Assembly: GCF_006345805.1 (NCBI RefSeq)
Contig: NC_043005.1
Span: 91,202,001-91,266,000, forward strand
Direction: 5' to 3'
DNA length: 64,000 bases
DNA from: Octopus sinensis
Lineage: Eukaryota
In this document: positions 13,485-25,680 of the stretch, one piece after another
Position numbering within the stretch: the stretch's first letter is position 1
Layout of the letters: each line of letters starts with the position of its first letter
The notes under the pieces: model-generated
Told to the model about the DNA's origin: nothing
The model's database searches: none
Seen by the model: only the letters and a program-made list of their open reading frames with translations
Position numbers and translations under genes: made by a program

Positions 13485-13890
13485 GAGGCGGTGAGCTGTC
13501 AGAAACGTTAGCGCGCCGGGTGGGGTTCAAATTTCGCCGAGGTCGACTTTGTCGTACGGATTATTTAACTTTCTTTTTTTTAACTAAACACTTTCAAACT
13601 TCCGATACTTGTAGAATATGTCACATAGAACAGGGTTTATTCTTAACGTTTTTGACAAAATTTTGTATTTTAGAAGCGGTATTTCGTCTGTCTTTCAAAC
13701 TTCCGTTATAAGTTTAAATTCCACCGAGATCGACTTTGCCTTTCATTCATTAGACGTACAGATTATTTAATTAATTTTTTTTTACTAAACACTTTCAAAC
13801 TTCCAATACTGGTAGAATGTGTTACATACAACAGAGTTTACTCTTAACGCTATTGAAAAAATTTTGTATTTTAGAAGTTATTTCGTCAGA
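13485..13890 (+). repeat. SINE B head plus tandemly duplicated SINE-B/MITE composite fragment
   Basis: Two ~200-bp diverged units, each containing GTCGACTTTG...CTAAACACTTTCAAACTTCC...TTTTGTATTTTAGAAG. Confidence 0.6.
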
Positions 13891-15885
13891 AGTTACAGAG
13901 TGACAATGGACAAATTCGTGTTTGATAAGTGCCAATACACGAAACTCTCAGCTTTTGACTTACTCTCTAATTTCTGCCGATGATATATATACATATTACA
14001 CATATGTGTAAAAAAATCTCATCACGCAATCGAACCAATGAAAGAGCCTCTACCTGGTCGCTCAACACGCTAAAAATAGCAGCTAAAGTATCCTCCTACC
14101 TAAATCACACGCCCATTGTATGTAATGTCCTAGATTATCCCTAAAAAGACAGTTTGCTGAAGGCTGGAATGTCTTTGATGATAGGTTTGCAGTATCAGGG
14201 TTGATTTGAGGCTAAATAACAACAACATTATGGTCAATATCTATATTAACACCCGCACGATTTTCACTAAGAAAAAGAAAAATTGATTTTTTGCGTGGAA
14301 TCAAGTACCCTTACTTCTTGATATGCTGCAAATCCCTTATTTTGATTCGGAAAAAATGAGGTTAGGTTCCCCACCCACCCCAAATCCCGGAATCATTGGA
14401 AATTTTTTTTTTTCGTTGAATGAATTTCTGTGACCTCCTAATATTGCAGAATTAGATTACTTAAGGTGAGCCTGGTAACTGATGGTTTTGGGGTCTTGTT
14501 TGTAACTTTTGGTGAGCCATGGTGCAAACAACAACATGGTAAAAATCCCTGCCATTAATTTGGTGCGGATGGGTAATATCAAATATTTCAATCACAACAT
14601 ATATTTAAATTAAACACGAAAAAATTGAAATATTATAATCGTTTACATGGAAAAATTGAAATATCTTTCAGTATTTTATAAGGTAAATCTTAAATTATTA
14701 ATTGACACATTATTAATTATCATATAACAGCAATGCCTGGAAAAATCATGGATTACATGGAAAAATGCGAGCATGAAAAGTCATATTCTTAAGATTATAA
14801 ACATGGAAAAGTAACGTAAAGAATAAGAAACTTTTTACTAGAAATATTGCAGCTAAAATTAAAATTTGAATATTAAAACTTATTTTATTATAGCTTACAA
14901 ATAACACTATACTTATTTAAGTAGGAATTGTTTAATTTTACTACCTTAAATACAGAAAAAAATGATTTATTAGACAAACTTACAAATTAGCTGAACAGTT
15001 TTGTACAATAAATTTAAAAGATAAGAACTGTAAAGAGTGATAAATCAGAAGAACTGGCATTCTTCGCTGCAATATTTTAAGTAAAAAGTTTCTTATCAAC
15101 GAAACAGGACAAACTCAATATAATATGATGTGAAGGACTGAGTGATATCGACGTTTCGGAGAAATTATTTTTTGCCAAAATAGATTTTTAAAAAGTGAAG
15201 AAATTCATTTAAAGAAGAAAAATGTACTTGGAGAAAAAAAAATATAGTTGAAGAACAGACATATAGCTGGAGAATTTAGAGAATATATAATGGGGAAACT
15301 GAAGCAGGTGAGGTTAAGTGGTTTCGGGCAAAGATGAGTGTTTTGAGCGATGAGCTAATGGCAAACATGCCCTAAAGGAATTAGGTATGCGGGAGTTTGT
15401 GTGGGGTGGGGGTTAAAATTGGAAAGTGTACATGAAAGTGATTGGAAGTGATGAACAGTGGAGAAAGTGTGGTGGTGGTGGTGGTAGCGGCGGCGGCGGC
15501 GGCGTGGTGAAGGTGGAAGTGGGGAAGAGGAGGAAGAGGAGGATGTAGAGGAGGAGGAAGAAGTAATGGTGGCAATTCAGGAGATATTGACATTACAGAG
15601 TAATAGTATGTATGTGTGATTGAATGCAGTATTAACGTAATAGAATGGTGGGATTTCGACTTAGCAGGTTGTATGCGATAACTGACAAAATAGGATGGAA
15701 ACGTTAAGAAGCGAACGATGTTTTTATGTATAAACAAGAGAAGTCAAGTGAATAGCTAGAGCCAATGACGATTTGCATTGGAAGAAGGGGCCCATTTCAG
15801 TAATGGCATGGACCTCAAGATAGCCATAAAAAAATCGGATACTGGATTCGATACCGCGAAAGCAATTTGATCCAGGATCAAAAGT

Positions 15886-16290
<405 letters not shown>

Positions 16291-17044
16291 TGCATTTCAT
16301 TAAATCCGGTTTGAAAATATATGATAATCGAAAAGTTAGAAATATTTTCTATTTTTAAAAATATATTTTCCGGGATAAAACATTATCTCACCTAAAACTG
16401 TTGGAAAACAAGGCAACAATACGAAGAAAACGTAATTATACAGTGCGTGCTCCTTTTCTCTCTCTCTCTCTCTCTCTAGTTCTCTCAGTCCGCCCCTTCA
16501 CCTTGCTAGAGATCTATACGTTAATGTTATGCTAAAGTGGAGCCAATATGCTGCATTTTAATGGAGATTAATCCTTTACCAAGCAATTGCAATGGTTTGT
16601 TGCATTACTCTATGAATTTTGATGGCATCGCCTTTCTGTGAGAAGACAAACAAATAAAAACGAACACGCTCGAAAAGAACTGTTGTCGTTTGGAATCAAG
16701 CGGACATCTTGTCTTTCGGTTGGAATCGAATTAGATAATTGCCGAAGAAATTGTATGAAAGACCATAAGCGCAACAAAACCAACTGTTCTTCTCGCAAAC
16801 ACGAATCCTATTCTAGGCAGGTGTTAGAAAGATTGAAGATAATAAAACAGAACTGGGTGAAACGGGAGTGAAGGGAAGATTAGCGACATTACTAAGGAAT
16901 CAAAAACAATATGAGACGAACATAAGTTAAATTTGAAGCTTCAACAATGATATTTTATTTCCTTTTCTAGTAAGATAAATAACATATTCCAGAATTCCAG
17001 AACGGAGGTCTTCCGACCGTGCTTGCATTTCAGGAAATTCCAAA

Positions 17045-17142
17045 TGGCCTATTAGAACCTACAGGATAACAGGGTCTGATGATACGCCGTAAAGCTGAGC
17101 GTTTTATGGACGTGAAACCAAAGGTAATCCCATAAATCGGCC
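17045..17142 (+). ncRNA. Type I hammerhead ribozyme-like motif
   Basis: GGGT|CTGATGA|T|ACG-CCGTAAAG-ctgagcg-TTTTATGG-a-CGT|GAAA|CC-aaa-GG|TA|ATCC; long stem II; one extra nt between the core and stem II; short proximal stem I. Confidence 0.55.
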
Positions 17143-17174
17143 TAGTCTAACTTTGTTATATATATATGTATATA

Positions 17175-17850
17175 TATCTATACAATAATATGTTACATTA
17201 CTCGATAGTCAAGATAAAACTCTGAGTTTCAGATGCCGAAGTGGGAATCCACAACACCATCTCTTCGGTTATCTGGCTATTTGAAAATGCTATGAAAAAA
17301 TACCGTTATATAAAGGGAAATTACTCTGTTATAACTCTGCTTGCCTGCGTACTTATACATAGCTCGCATTTTTCGTCATAAAAATTATATAAAAATACAT
17401 AAAAAATATATAAAATATATATAAAAATATATAAAATCTTCTTGGGATATAACATAGAAAGCATGTTCTATCTGTTTTCTTTAGGGGACCAAAAACGTAA
17501 CAAAAATTTAGTCACATGTGGGCATGATCCGAAAAGCTCTGTCCTTGTGTTTAGACATGTAGTAGGGTCTAAGCTGCTTTTCCAGATAAGCCATCTCTCC
17601 ATGTCGCATAGACCGCACCTTCCGCTGCCGTTGGTATAGGACTTACATCTGGCCAAAATCTTCCAATATATGTTATAATCGACACCTTTATCTCTTAAAG
17701 AGATGGTGTTGTGGATTCCCACTTCGGCATCTGAAACTCAGAGTTTTATCTTGACTATCGAGTAATGTAACATATTATTGTATAGATAAATTTCCTCTAT
17801 TTACATAATATTGAGGTCTCTTTCCTTCTTTTGTTATCTTACCGTTTTAT
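17175..17850 (-). mobile_element. 5'-truncated Penelope-like element with inverted pseudo-LTR copy
   Basis: ORF 17468-17722 (LRDKGVDYNIYWKILARCKSYTNGSGRCGLC...LNTRTELFGSCPH) is a PLE GIY-YIG C-terminus; 91-bp perfect inverted repeat 17175-17265/17698-17788; abuts (TA)n. Confidence 0.85.
17212..17274 (-). ncRNA. Degenerate hammerhead motif in the Penelope pseudo-LTR
   Basis: Minus strand: AGATAA|CCGAAGA|GATG..GTGG-attc-CCAC..CATC-T|GAAA|CTC-A-GAG|TT|TTATCT; U4 is C and the cleavage triplet is GUU. Confidence 0.5.
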
Positions 17851-19713
17851 CAATATGTGTATATATATTTTTTTTTCTAGTTTCAGCTCATATATATATA
17901 ATTAATTAATTAATTAATTAATAATTAATAATTCCACCAAGTAGTATTCGGCATGTTAAAAGGACCATTATCGGTAAACTTAAACAATATTTTTTATAAT
18001 TATAAGTATAATTATAATTAGGGTTCAGCAAAAAAAGTTTGCTTCGCCACATAACGAAATTTAGAAATAGCAGCCAAAGAAACTAGCTATTTTTTCTACT
18101 GTAAGAAAAACTCCCAGATAACATATACTCAAAAACAATTCACGTAGGCAAAGAGAAAAAACAACGAAATTCACTCGGCATTTGATTAACTGTGGACGCG
18201 TTTTGGAGTTAGATGGAAATGAAAAATACAAAAATCGCATTTCCATTCCAATCATTCTCGCTCTTCAGCACAGTATTTCAGGATTTTCAATTTTTCTGTA
18301 GAATTTTTACTCGACAACAATCGTGGGTAGGTGACGAGCAATACGAAACCTCATTCGTATGTTTTGAATTCGTTGGTACTGGTCATTGGATATAGTTTGT
18401 CTGATGTTACTTGAATCGGATAGATATGTTCAATTTTTTCAGTGCTCTCATCTTTTGGTTCGTAAAGAAAATTATGGGAAGGCTTGGTTCTCCCATTCAC
18501 CAAGTAATGCAGGAAATTGGCTTATCTATGAGCCAACACAAAAGCAATAAACTTAAAGCGAAGACCTTAGCATGTCCCAGCAGATAGACTAGAATTTACA
18601 TCAATGGTGTCTAACAACAACATAATAAATGTCTATCATTTCTTCATTCAAATGTTCCCCTAGGTTTTGGGAGTTTCAATAATTTGATACGTCATTCGTG
18701 TGAGACTGAACCAAACGCTTTTTTTTTTTATCAATCTATGCATATGAAAATTACTTTTTGCATAGTTATACTTCATCCATTACTAACACCTTAATAAAGA
18801 ACTGGTCATTTTCACTTTGTCATAAACCCTTCTGTCCAACAGAAATTAAACTGTTCTTTCGCAAATGCTCAATCATTCCACTGAGAGCTGGATAAAGCGC
18901 TGTTTATAAAGGAAGGACAGACAAGCGACAAGGTCTTTTCTTGAAGTCGTTGTCCTCCAAATAAGAAACCAACTAGTTACTTGTCCCAAGTGGCTAACCT
19001 ACAGTGACATATAATATACAGTGTATTTCAATGGTGTGGGTTTTCTCACCATTACGCCTCCATTCGATCTACACCGCTTTTGCATTTCAATTTACAACGA
19101 TGTGTAGGGCAACGTCAATGGCAAGTTACGAATTGAAGACCTGACATCATAATTAATTCGGTAATGGTGATATCTTATTTATTTGTATTTTGTTTAGTAG
19201 GTGGTGGTCCTATTTTCGTTTTTATTTTTATAAGAAGTTCTTCGGGGTTGTTTTTGTCTCGTTAGAGGAGCAGTCTGCTATTTACATTTGATAGTAAAAC
19301 AATGGGAAAGCTTCTGACAAGCTTAGACCACAATATGACTTCAGTTACACACGCCTGTACGCATCGTACCACTTCACTTTATTTCATTCACACCACTAAT
19401 ACTCGTGGAAAAAACATGAACTCCATAACTCCCTACATCTCAGTAGCCCTTATACTGTATCGGGACGATAGCAATGTTTTCATTTGAATAAATTGCCTCA
19501 AAACCAAACTGAATATTTCATCGTTATTTTTTTACTCTGATTTTTCTTTCGTTTATTTTTGTCTTTTTTATTATATATTTCTTGGAACTAACTTAATCAA
19601 CAATGTGGATAATAATATTTAATATATATGCAGTTTATCTAATGGCTTGTCACTCATGATATCTAAGCAGCAGTTGTGTTTTCACATTCTGTATTAACAT
19701 CATCTTTAAAATC

Positions 19714-19714
19714 A

Positions 19715-19790
<76 letters not shown>

Positions 19791-19869
19791 CATTATTATT
19801 ATTATTATTATTATTATCATTATTAATATTATTATCATTATTATTATTATTATTATTATCATTATTATT

Positions 19870-19946
<77 letters not shown>
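19714..19946. repeat. Compound (ATT)n/(ATC)n trinucleotide array
   Basis: Direct inspection; source of the poly-N/I/L/M ORFs. Confidence 0.95.
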
Positions 19947-19947
<1 letters not shown>

Positions 19948-20105
19948 TCTCAATCAGCACGTATTTTCTGTGTGTGTGTGTACTATCAAACATGATTGAA
20001 GCGGTTATTAATTGGTCAACAGACAATAAGACGTATAGAACGATTCTAATCTAATTTATCATCAAAATCATCACCCCATACACATACACACCTCCCTCTT
20101 CCTCT

Positions 20106-20141
<36 letters not shown>

Positions 20142-21009
20142 CACACACACACACGCACACACACAGAAGAAAAGAGAGTTGTGGAAGATTATCTATGTAT
20201 GTATGTATGTATATATTGATGCATTTACCCATGTATGAATGTGTATGTATGTATGTATGTATGTATGTATGTATGTATGTATGTATGTATGTATGTAGCA
20301 CTAATTAAAGGAATTCAAATAAGTACTAGTAATATGTATTCTAACCAACTATTAAGCTAAGAAATAGAACAATGCACCAATACACCGTAGCAAATACATC
20401 AAGCAACACCGACAAATATGCATAAACCACACATATAAAGTGTATAGCAAAAATCAAATATATACCTATGGAATAGCTATATATTTGATTCTGTGGTGTT
20501 ATGAACAGGCTTTGTAGGGAAGGATCGGAAGTGAGGGAGTAGGCACTGACATAGTGTCTTTACGACCATTAAGGTCTATCGGGAAAACTTTATCCGTGCG
20601 TGAAAGAAAACGGAAAGACCTGCATACGGTGCTGTTAACGGAGGTTTAACAACATCGTTGCGCACAAAAACGTGAGTCCAAGAAGTAAAGCTTCCTTCAA
20701 GGCAGAACTAGAAATGCAATTATCGAGTAGGTAAGAGGTTTAAATTGGTAAAACTAAAAATTGTCGAGGATAAATTAAATTTATTATTGTTACTGAACGG
20801 TTTTGCTGCCGTTTGTTTATGTAGTTTGATTTCTTTAATCATCCGTTTCTACTAAGATAGAAACGCGAGTAAAATTAATAATAAGGAAACGAAAATAGAA
20901 CTTTGGAAACAGCAGCTTTACGTGGTAACTATGAGCGTGCTTTCAAGAGAGATAATCAGAGAAAGACTTGAAAGTCAACGTAAAATCGTAATACTTCATG
21001 TAAAGTAAA

Positions 21010-21208
21010 TATAACAAATTATCTAGAATCCTTGTCCGGTACCGGATCGATCCCAAAATCTAATTAGTTCGTACCAGTCACGAGACCAAACATCCCTGAA
21101 AGTTTCATCCAAATCCATTCAACGGTTTTTGAGATATATTGTCCACGGACAAACAAACAAACATGACTGAAAACAATACCTCCGCCTTCGCTAAGGCTGA
21201 GGTAATAA
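21010..21208 (-). mobile_element. Helentron-associated (HINE/DINE-like) non-autonomous element
   Basis: Terminal hairpin TACCTCCGCC-ttcgctaa-GGCTGAGGTA, (ACAA)n and AAGTTTCATCCAAATCC body typical of such elements. Confidence 0.45.
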
Positions 21209-21869
21209 TTGCACACACGCGCATGCATGTATACACATATTAAATGGTATCGGACATTTCTTGTAACGAATAAAATAAAATAAAATGTTTAAGTCCTGCA
21301 CTTTCCTCCAGAAGCACGAGATGGCATCTCAAGCAAGTGCAAAATATATCTTTAGAATTCCTTGCTAAGGTTTTAGCGAAATCTAGAGACTGGCGGAACA
21401 AACGGGGTTGGGCCACATATTTTTAACGGTTGTAAAGGCGGATGATGTCTGCAACAATATATTACTCTCAGTCATCTTAAAGTGTTTGCCATTGAACAAA
21501 GCGTCTCAAAGTCGGTTTCTCAAACCCAGGCATCACTCAGATTGTAAATACTCTGATTCGTCCACTTTTCTGTAATATTGACAGCTTCTCGAATTTCTCA
21601 ATTTTTGCAGGATGTTTCCTTCTCTTGCGCCAAGTCTGCATTCTTTTTTATATGTTTACTAGCATTATGACCCGTAGTTGTCGGGTCATAGTGCGAGTGC
21701 ATGTATATATGTGTATATATATATATATGTATATATATGTGTGTGTGTGTACATATTACATGTACTTCTATATATATACATCTACACATAAAATACAAAA
21801 TACAAATTATATCTTGATATCGCTAGTGATAACAATACTCAAAATATATAACAGACTGGAATTGTAGGC

Positions 21870-22380
21870 CCGTCTCTTGCAATTTCGATCAATTGTATCT
21901 TGTCCTCCCTCTTGTATAGAAGTGTGGCTACAATCCAGCCTACCTCTACTTCTGGGGGGACATTTTTAATTTTTATCCGGGACGTCCTACGTCCCAAATA
22001 TAAAGGTAAAAATAAAATATTTCCATTTTGCAAGGTTCGAGTCGAGTACTCCCTTGCACGCTCCGTTGACTCGAACCTTGCTTCTATTGTGGCGAATTTA
22101 CCGCCTCTGGTTAGATATCTTTCATAGTCGCACCAAGACACTTTTCGATGGTGCTTTCCTCCAGGAGTTCAAATATTTGTATAGACAATAGTCTTTTCTT
22201 TAATTTAATTTTTTATTTCGTTTGGTGGTGTTATCCTAGATTCACCGTCTTTGTCGGTGATCAATCCGAAATAGGTTTGTATTTCTTCCATTTTAATTTT
22301 AATGAGTTCGCGTCCGCCGACGGCTGCAGCGAAATTCATTTTTGGACTTTCTTTCCTCGAAGGCATTATAACAAAAATGC
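21870..22380 (-). mobile_element. Non-LTR retrotransposon ORF1 remnant (L1/Tx1-like)
   Basis: MPSRKESPKMNFAAAVGG... then FLPLYLGRRTSRIKIKNVPPEVEVGWIVATL; interrupted by stops. Confidence 0.5.
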
Positions 22381-22989
22381 TTCCGTATAAACGGTGAAAA
22401 TATTGTCAATTTTCCCAAACAGGGACACAATTCAACTTTTAAACAATAACCAAAGCTCCTTCTCCCAAAGGAGGAGGGTTACAGTTTACAATTATTTAAC
22501 AAATGCAACACAACAACGTTTCCCTTACGAGGAACCAACAAACGTGATAACAATAGTTAAACAGTAATAATAATAACAACAAGCCTTACGGTAAATCAAA
22601 AAGCAGTACGCAGTTGAAGCTATAGTCCTTTATGCATAAGAAATAAACCAACAGCAGTACTCAGTAGAAGCGGCTGTTCGAGAAAACATACATTACATAC
22701 AGCCAAACTTCATATAGATACTTAATGCTAGCTAATTAGCAGATAATCTAATGTAAAAGCCGTGGTAAACGGTATGTGCACAGATCCATCTGGACTATTC
22801 CATTTCTGCACACTAATTTTATTTTTAATTTATTCCTATTCATGTGAAACCACTTAAGTCATTGATGTAATTTTATACCAATTGCTATTTTTAGTTTTGT
22901 TATGTTACGATTATATTACACTTTAGTTTGATTTTAATTATTACTTACTACATATAATTGAATTGTTATTATTATCTCTAATTTTTATT

Positions 22990-23251
22990 GCTAAAGTGAA
23001 AGTATCTGACATAAAATAGAGAAATGTCTTTGTTTCACTTTTAACACGTAATACTGAAATAGTGGAGAAGATATGATATTGCTTTGGGCTCGTCCTAGGC
23101 AAGAAGTTGAACATTTTTTTTGCCGATGACACTCCCCGGACTCTAAGTAAGGCATGTGTAAAATTTGAATAATATTGGTTGTGTAGTTCTCAAATTTTAG
23201 GGAAACAGACATACAGACAGACAGACATTCTCAGTTTTATATATAGAGAGA
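22990..23251 (-). mobile_element. Helitron 5' fragment
   Basis: Minus-strand start A|TCTCTCTATATATAAAACTGAGAATGTCTGTCTG. Confidence 0.45.
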
Positions 23252-23463
23252 TGACAAATAGCAAACTTGCATCTGTCAACACCCAAATCCCATGTAAACG
23301 TAAATTTAACGTATGATGATATGAATAATTTAGGTTTGTAACATTATTTCTTGATTGTTTCGAAATTATTTCTCTTCCTTCTTTAAGCATTGCTAAAAAA
23401 AGAAAACTTAGCGGTGCTAGGGTTTTTTTTCTTTCTTTCTCCGACTAAAATCGTTAAATTACC

Positions 23464-23695
23464 TATTTCTTTACTGCCCACAAGGGGCTAGACATAGAGG
23501 GGACAAACAAGGACAGGCAAAGGGATTAAGTCGATTATATCGACCCCAGTGCGTAACTGGTACTTAATTTATCGACCCCGAAAGGATGAAAGGCAAAGTC
23601 TTCCTCGGCGGAATTTGAGCTCAGAACGCAACGGCAGACGAAATACCGCCAAGCATTTCGCCCGGCGTGCTAACGTTTCTGCCAGCTCGACGCCT
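23464..23695 (-). mobile_element. SINE family B (alternative-tail subfamily) with 16-bp TSD
   Basis: TSD AAATCGTTAAATTACC at 23448-23463 and 23697-23712. Confidence 0.9.
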
Positions 23696-24225
23696 TAAAT
23701 CGTTAAATTACCGTTGCTTAATACTCCAAAATCACGACATTTAGCCCATCCGAGTTGTTTCCCTTGGCACATTTTATTTCTTGTAACTTAGGCAATCTGT
23801 ATTTGGAACGCAGATGGCCGGATAAGCAGAGAGACCGGCAGGCAGACTTCAGACATACGGACAGACAGATTAGCAATATCGTTAGAGCGACGGATATTTA
23901 CTCCGGATATCTTCGTTCTAATTACAAATCCTGCCTAAGTTCTGCCTTTCATCCATTTAGAGTAGATAAAATTAATTCTAGTCTCATACATTGACTGGCG
24001 AAATGGATAAGCATTGAACGGGAAACTTTACACTACCTGTTCCCATTCTTTGCGTTCCAAGTTCAAATCCTGCCGTGGTCTATTTGCACACTATAATATC
24101 ATCACTTTAAACCAAACTGCTGCAAACATTCGGGCTAGGTTTCCAGTTTAAGGATCCCGACCTTGCCAAGGGTCCAAAAATGGTCATGCGTACTGCTCCC
24201 TTTCCTTTTGATTGAGATTGAGATT

Positions 24226-24274
<49 letters not shown>

Positions 24275-24454
24275 TGGGGGGTCCGCGCGCGCGCACACGT
24301 GCTGACGAAAGTTTTTGACATCGGCGAGAGAATTGCTAATAAATCGCTGCGTCAAACACAGAAACCTTATAGTAGTCATTATACCCGAGTTTCACAATCA
24401 CTTCAAATGGTTTGAAATAGTTAATGATCTGTTAAAAAAAGACTAACGATGATA

Positions 24455-24848
24455 TCTTTATATATAAAAGTGAAGTTGTTTGTCTGTCTCCTACGATTTA
24501 GATTCCTAACTACTCCCACATTTTGCGGTGCAGTTTCACCAAAACCGGGTATCTTATAGTCGTGATTCATATCGAGCCCTTCTGGGTATTAGCGCGCGTC
24601 TACAATGAGTCTACGATTTTTAAAAAAAATTTGTCATCATTTTTTCCCATTTTTAATGCATTTTTTGCTATTATATAAGGGAAGTAACTCTCTAAAAATG
24701 TATTAAATCTCAGAACGTAAAAAGCTACAGTAACACCCCCCCCCTTGTGGTTAGCCATATTGAGATGGCTATTATACTTTACATCTCTAAAAATGCTTAT
24801 ATAGTTATTTCCCTTACAAACCCGAGCAACGCCGGGTGATACTGCTAG
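24455..24848 (+). mobile_element. Non-autonomous Helitron (complete)
   Basis: A|TCTTTATATATAAAAG...hairpin ACCCGAGCAACGCCGGGT...CTAG|T, no TSD; near-identical family copy at 50227-50621; empty site at 40979/40980. Confidence 0.88.
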
Positions 24849-24959
24849 TTGTTCATAAAACGTATGTTAGAATATTTTACTCACTTTTTATAAACTGATG
24901 TCTATGGATGCAGAATATATTCGTTTACACAAGTTGTACAGTATGAACAGCTATAAGCT

Positions 24960-25680
24960 TTCTACTTTTGGCACAAGGCCTCAAATTTGTGGGGTGGGGA
25001 CTAGTAGATCTCATCGAGCCCAGTGTTTCACTGGTACTTATTTAATCGACCCCGAAAGGATGAAAGGCAAAGTCGACCTCGCCAGAATTCGAACTCAGAA
25101 CATAAAGACAGACGAAATACCTATTTCTTTACTACCCACAAGAGGCTAAACACAGAAGGGACAGACAAACGGATTAAGTCGATTACATCGACCCCCAGTG
25201 CGTAATTAGTACGTAAAGACAGACGAAATACCTATTTCTTTACTACCCACAAGAGGCTAAACACAGAAGGGACAGACAAACGGATTAAGTCGATTATATC
25301 GACCCCCAGTGCGTAATTGGTACTTAATTTATCGACCCCGAAAGGATGAAAGGCAAAGTCGACCTCGCCGGAATTCGAACTCAGAACGTAAAGACAGACG
25401 AAATACCTATTTCTTTACTACCCACAAGAGGCTAAACACAGAAGGGACAGACAAATGGATTAAGTCGATTACATCGATCCCCAGTGCGTAATTAGTACTT
25501 AATTTATCGACTCCGAAAGGATGAAAGGCAAAGTCGACCTCAGCGAAATTTGAACTCAGAACGCAGCGACAGACGAAATATGGCTACGCATTTCGCCCGG
25601 CGTGCCAACATGTCTGCTAGCTCGCCGCCTTAAACTATTTTGTCCGGTGTGCTAACGATTCTGCCAACTCGCCGCCTTTC
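24960..25680 (-). repeat. SINE-B-derived head-to-tail array (about four body units)
   Basis: Repeated ~110-180-bp units joined at CAGACGAAATA|CCTATTTCTTTACTAC; essentially one tRNA head at the right end. Confidence 0.85.

Noticed and set aside
16638-16871. 77-aa non-repetitive ORF
   Set aside because: No recognisable domain, a non-ATG start in the sequence and no supporting splice structure.
24960-25680. Regular repeat array superficially like CRISPR
   Set aside because: Units are SINE bodies with near-identical inter-repeat sequence, no unique spacers and no cas genes, in a eukaryotic context.
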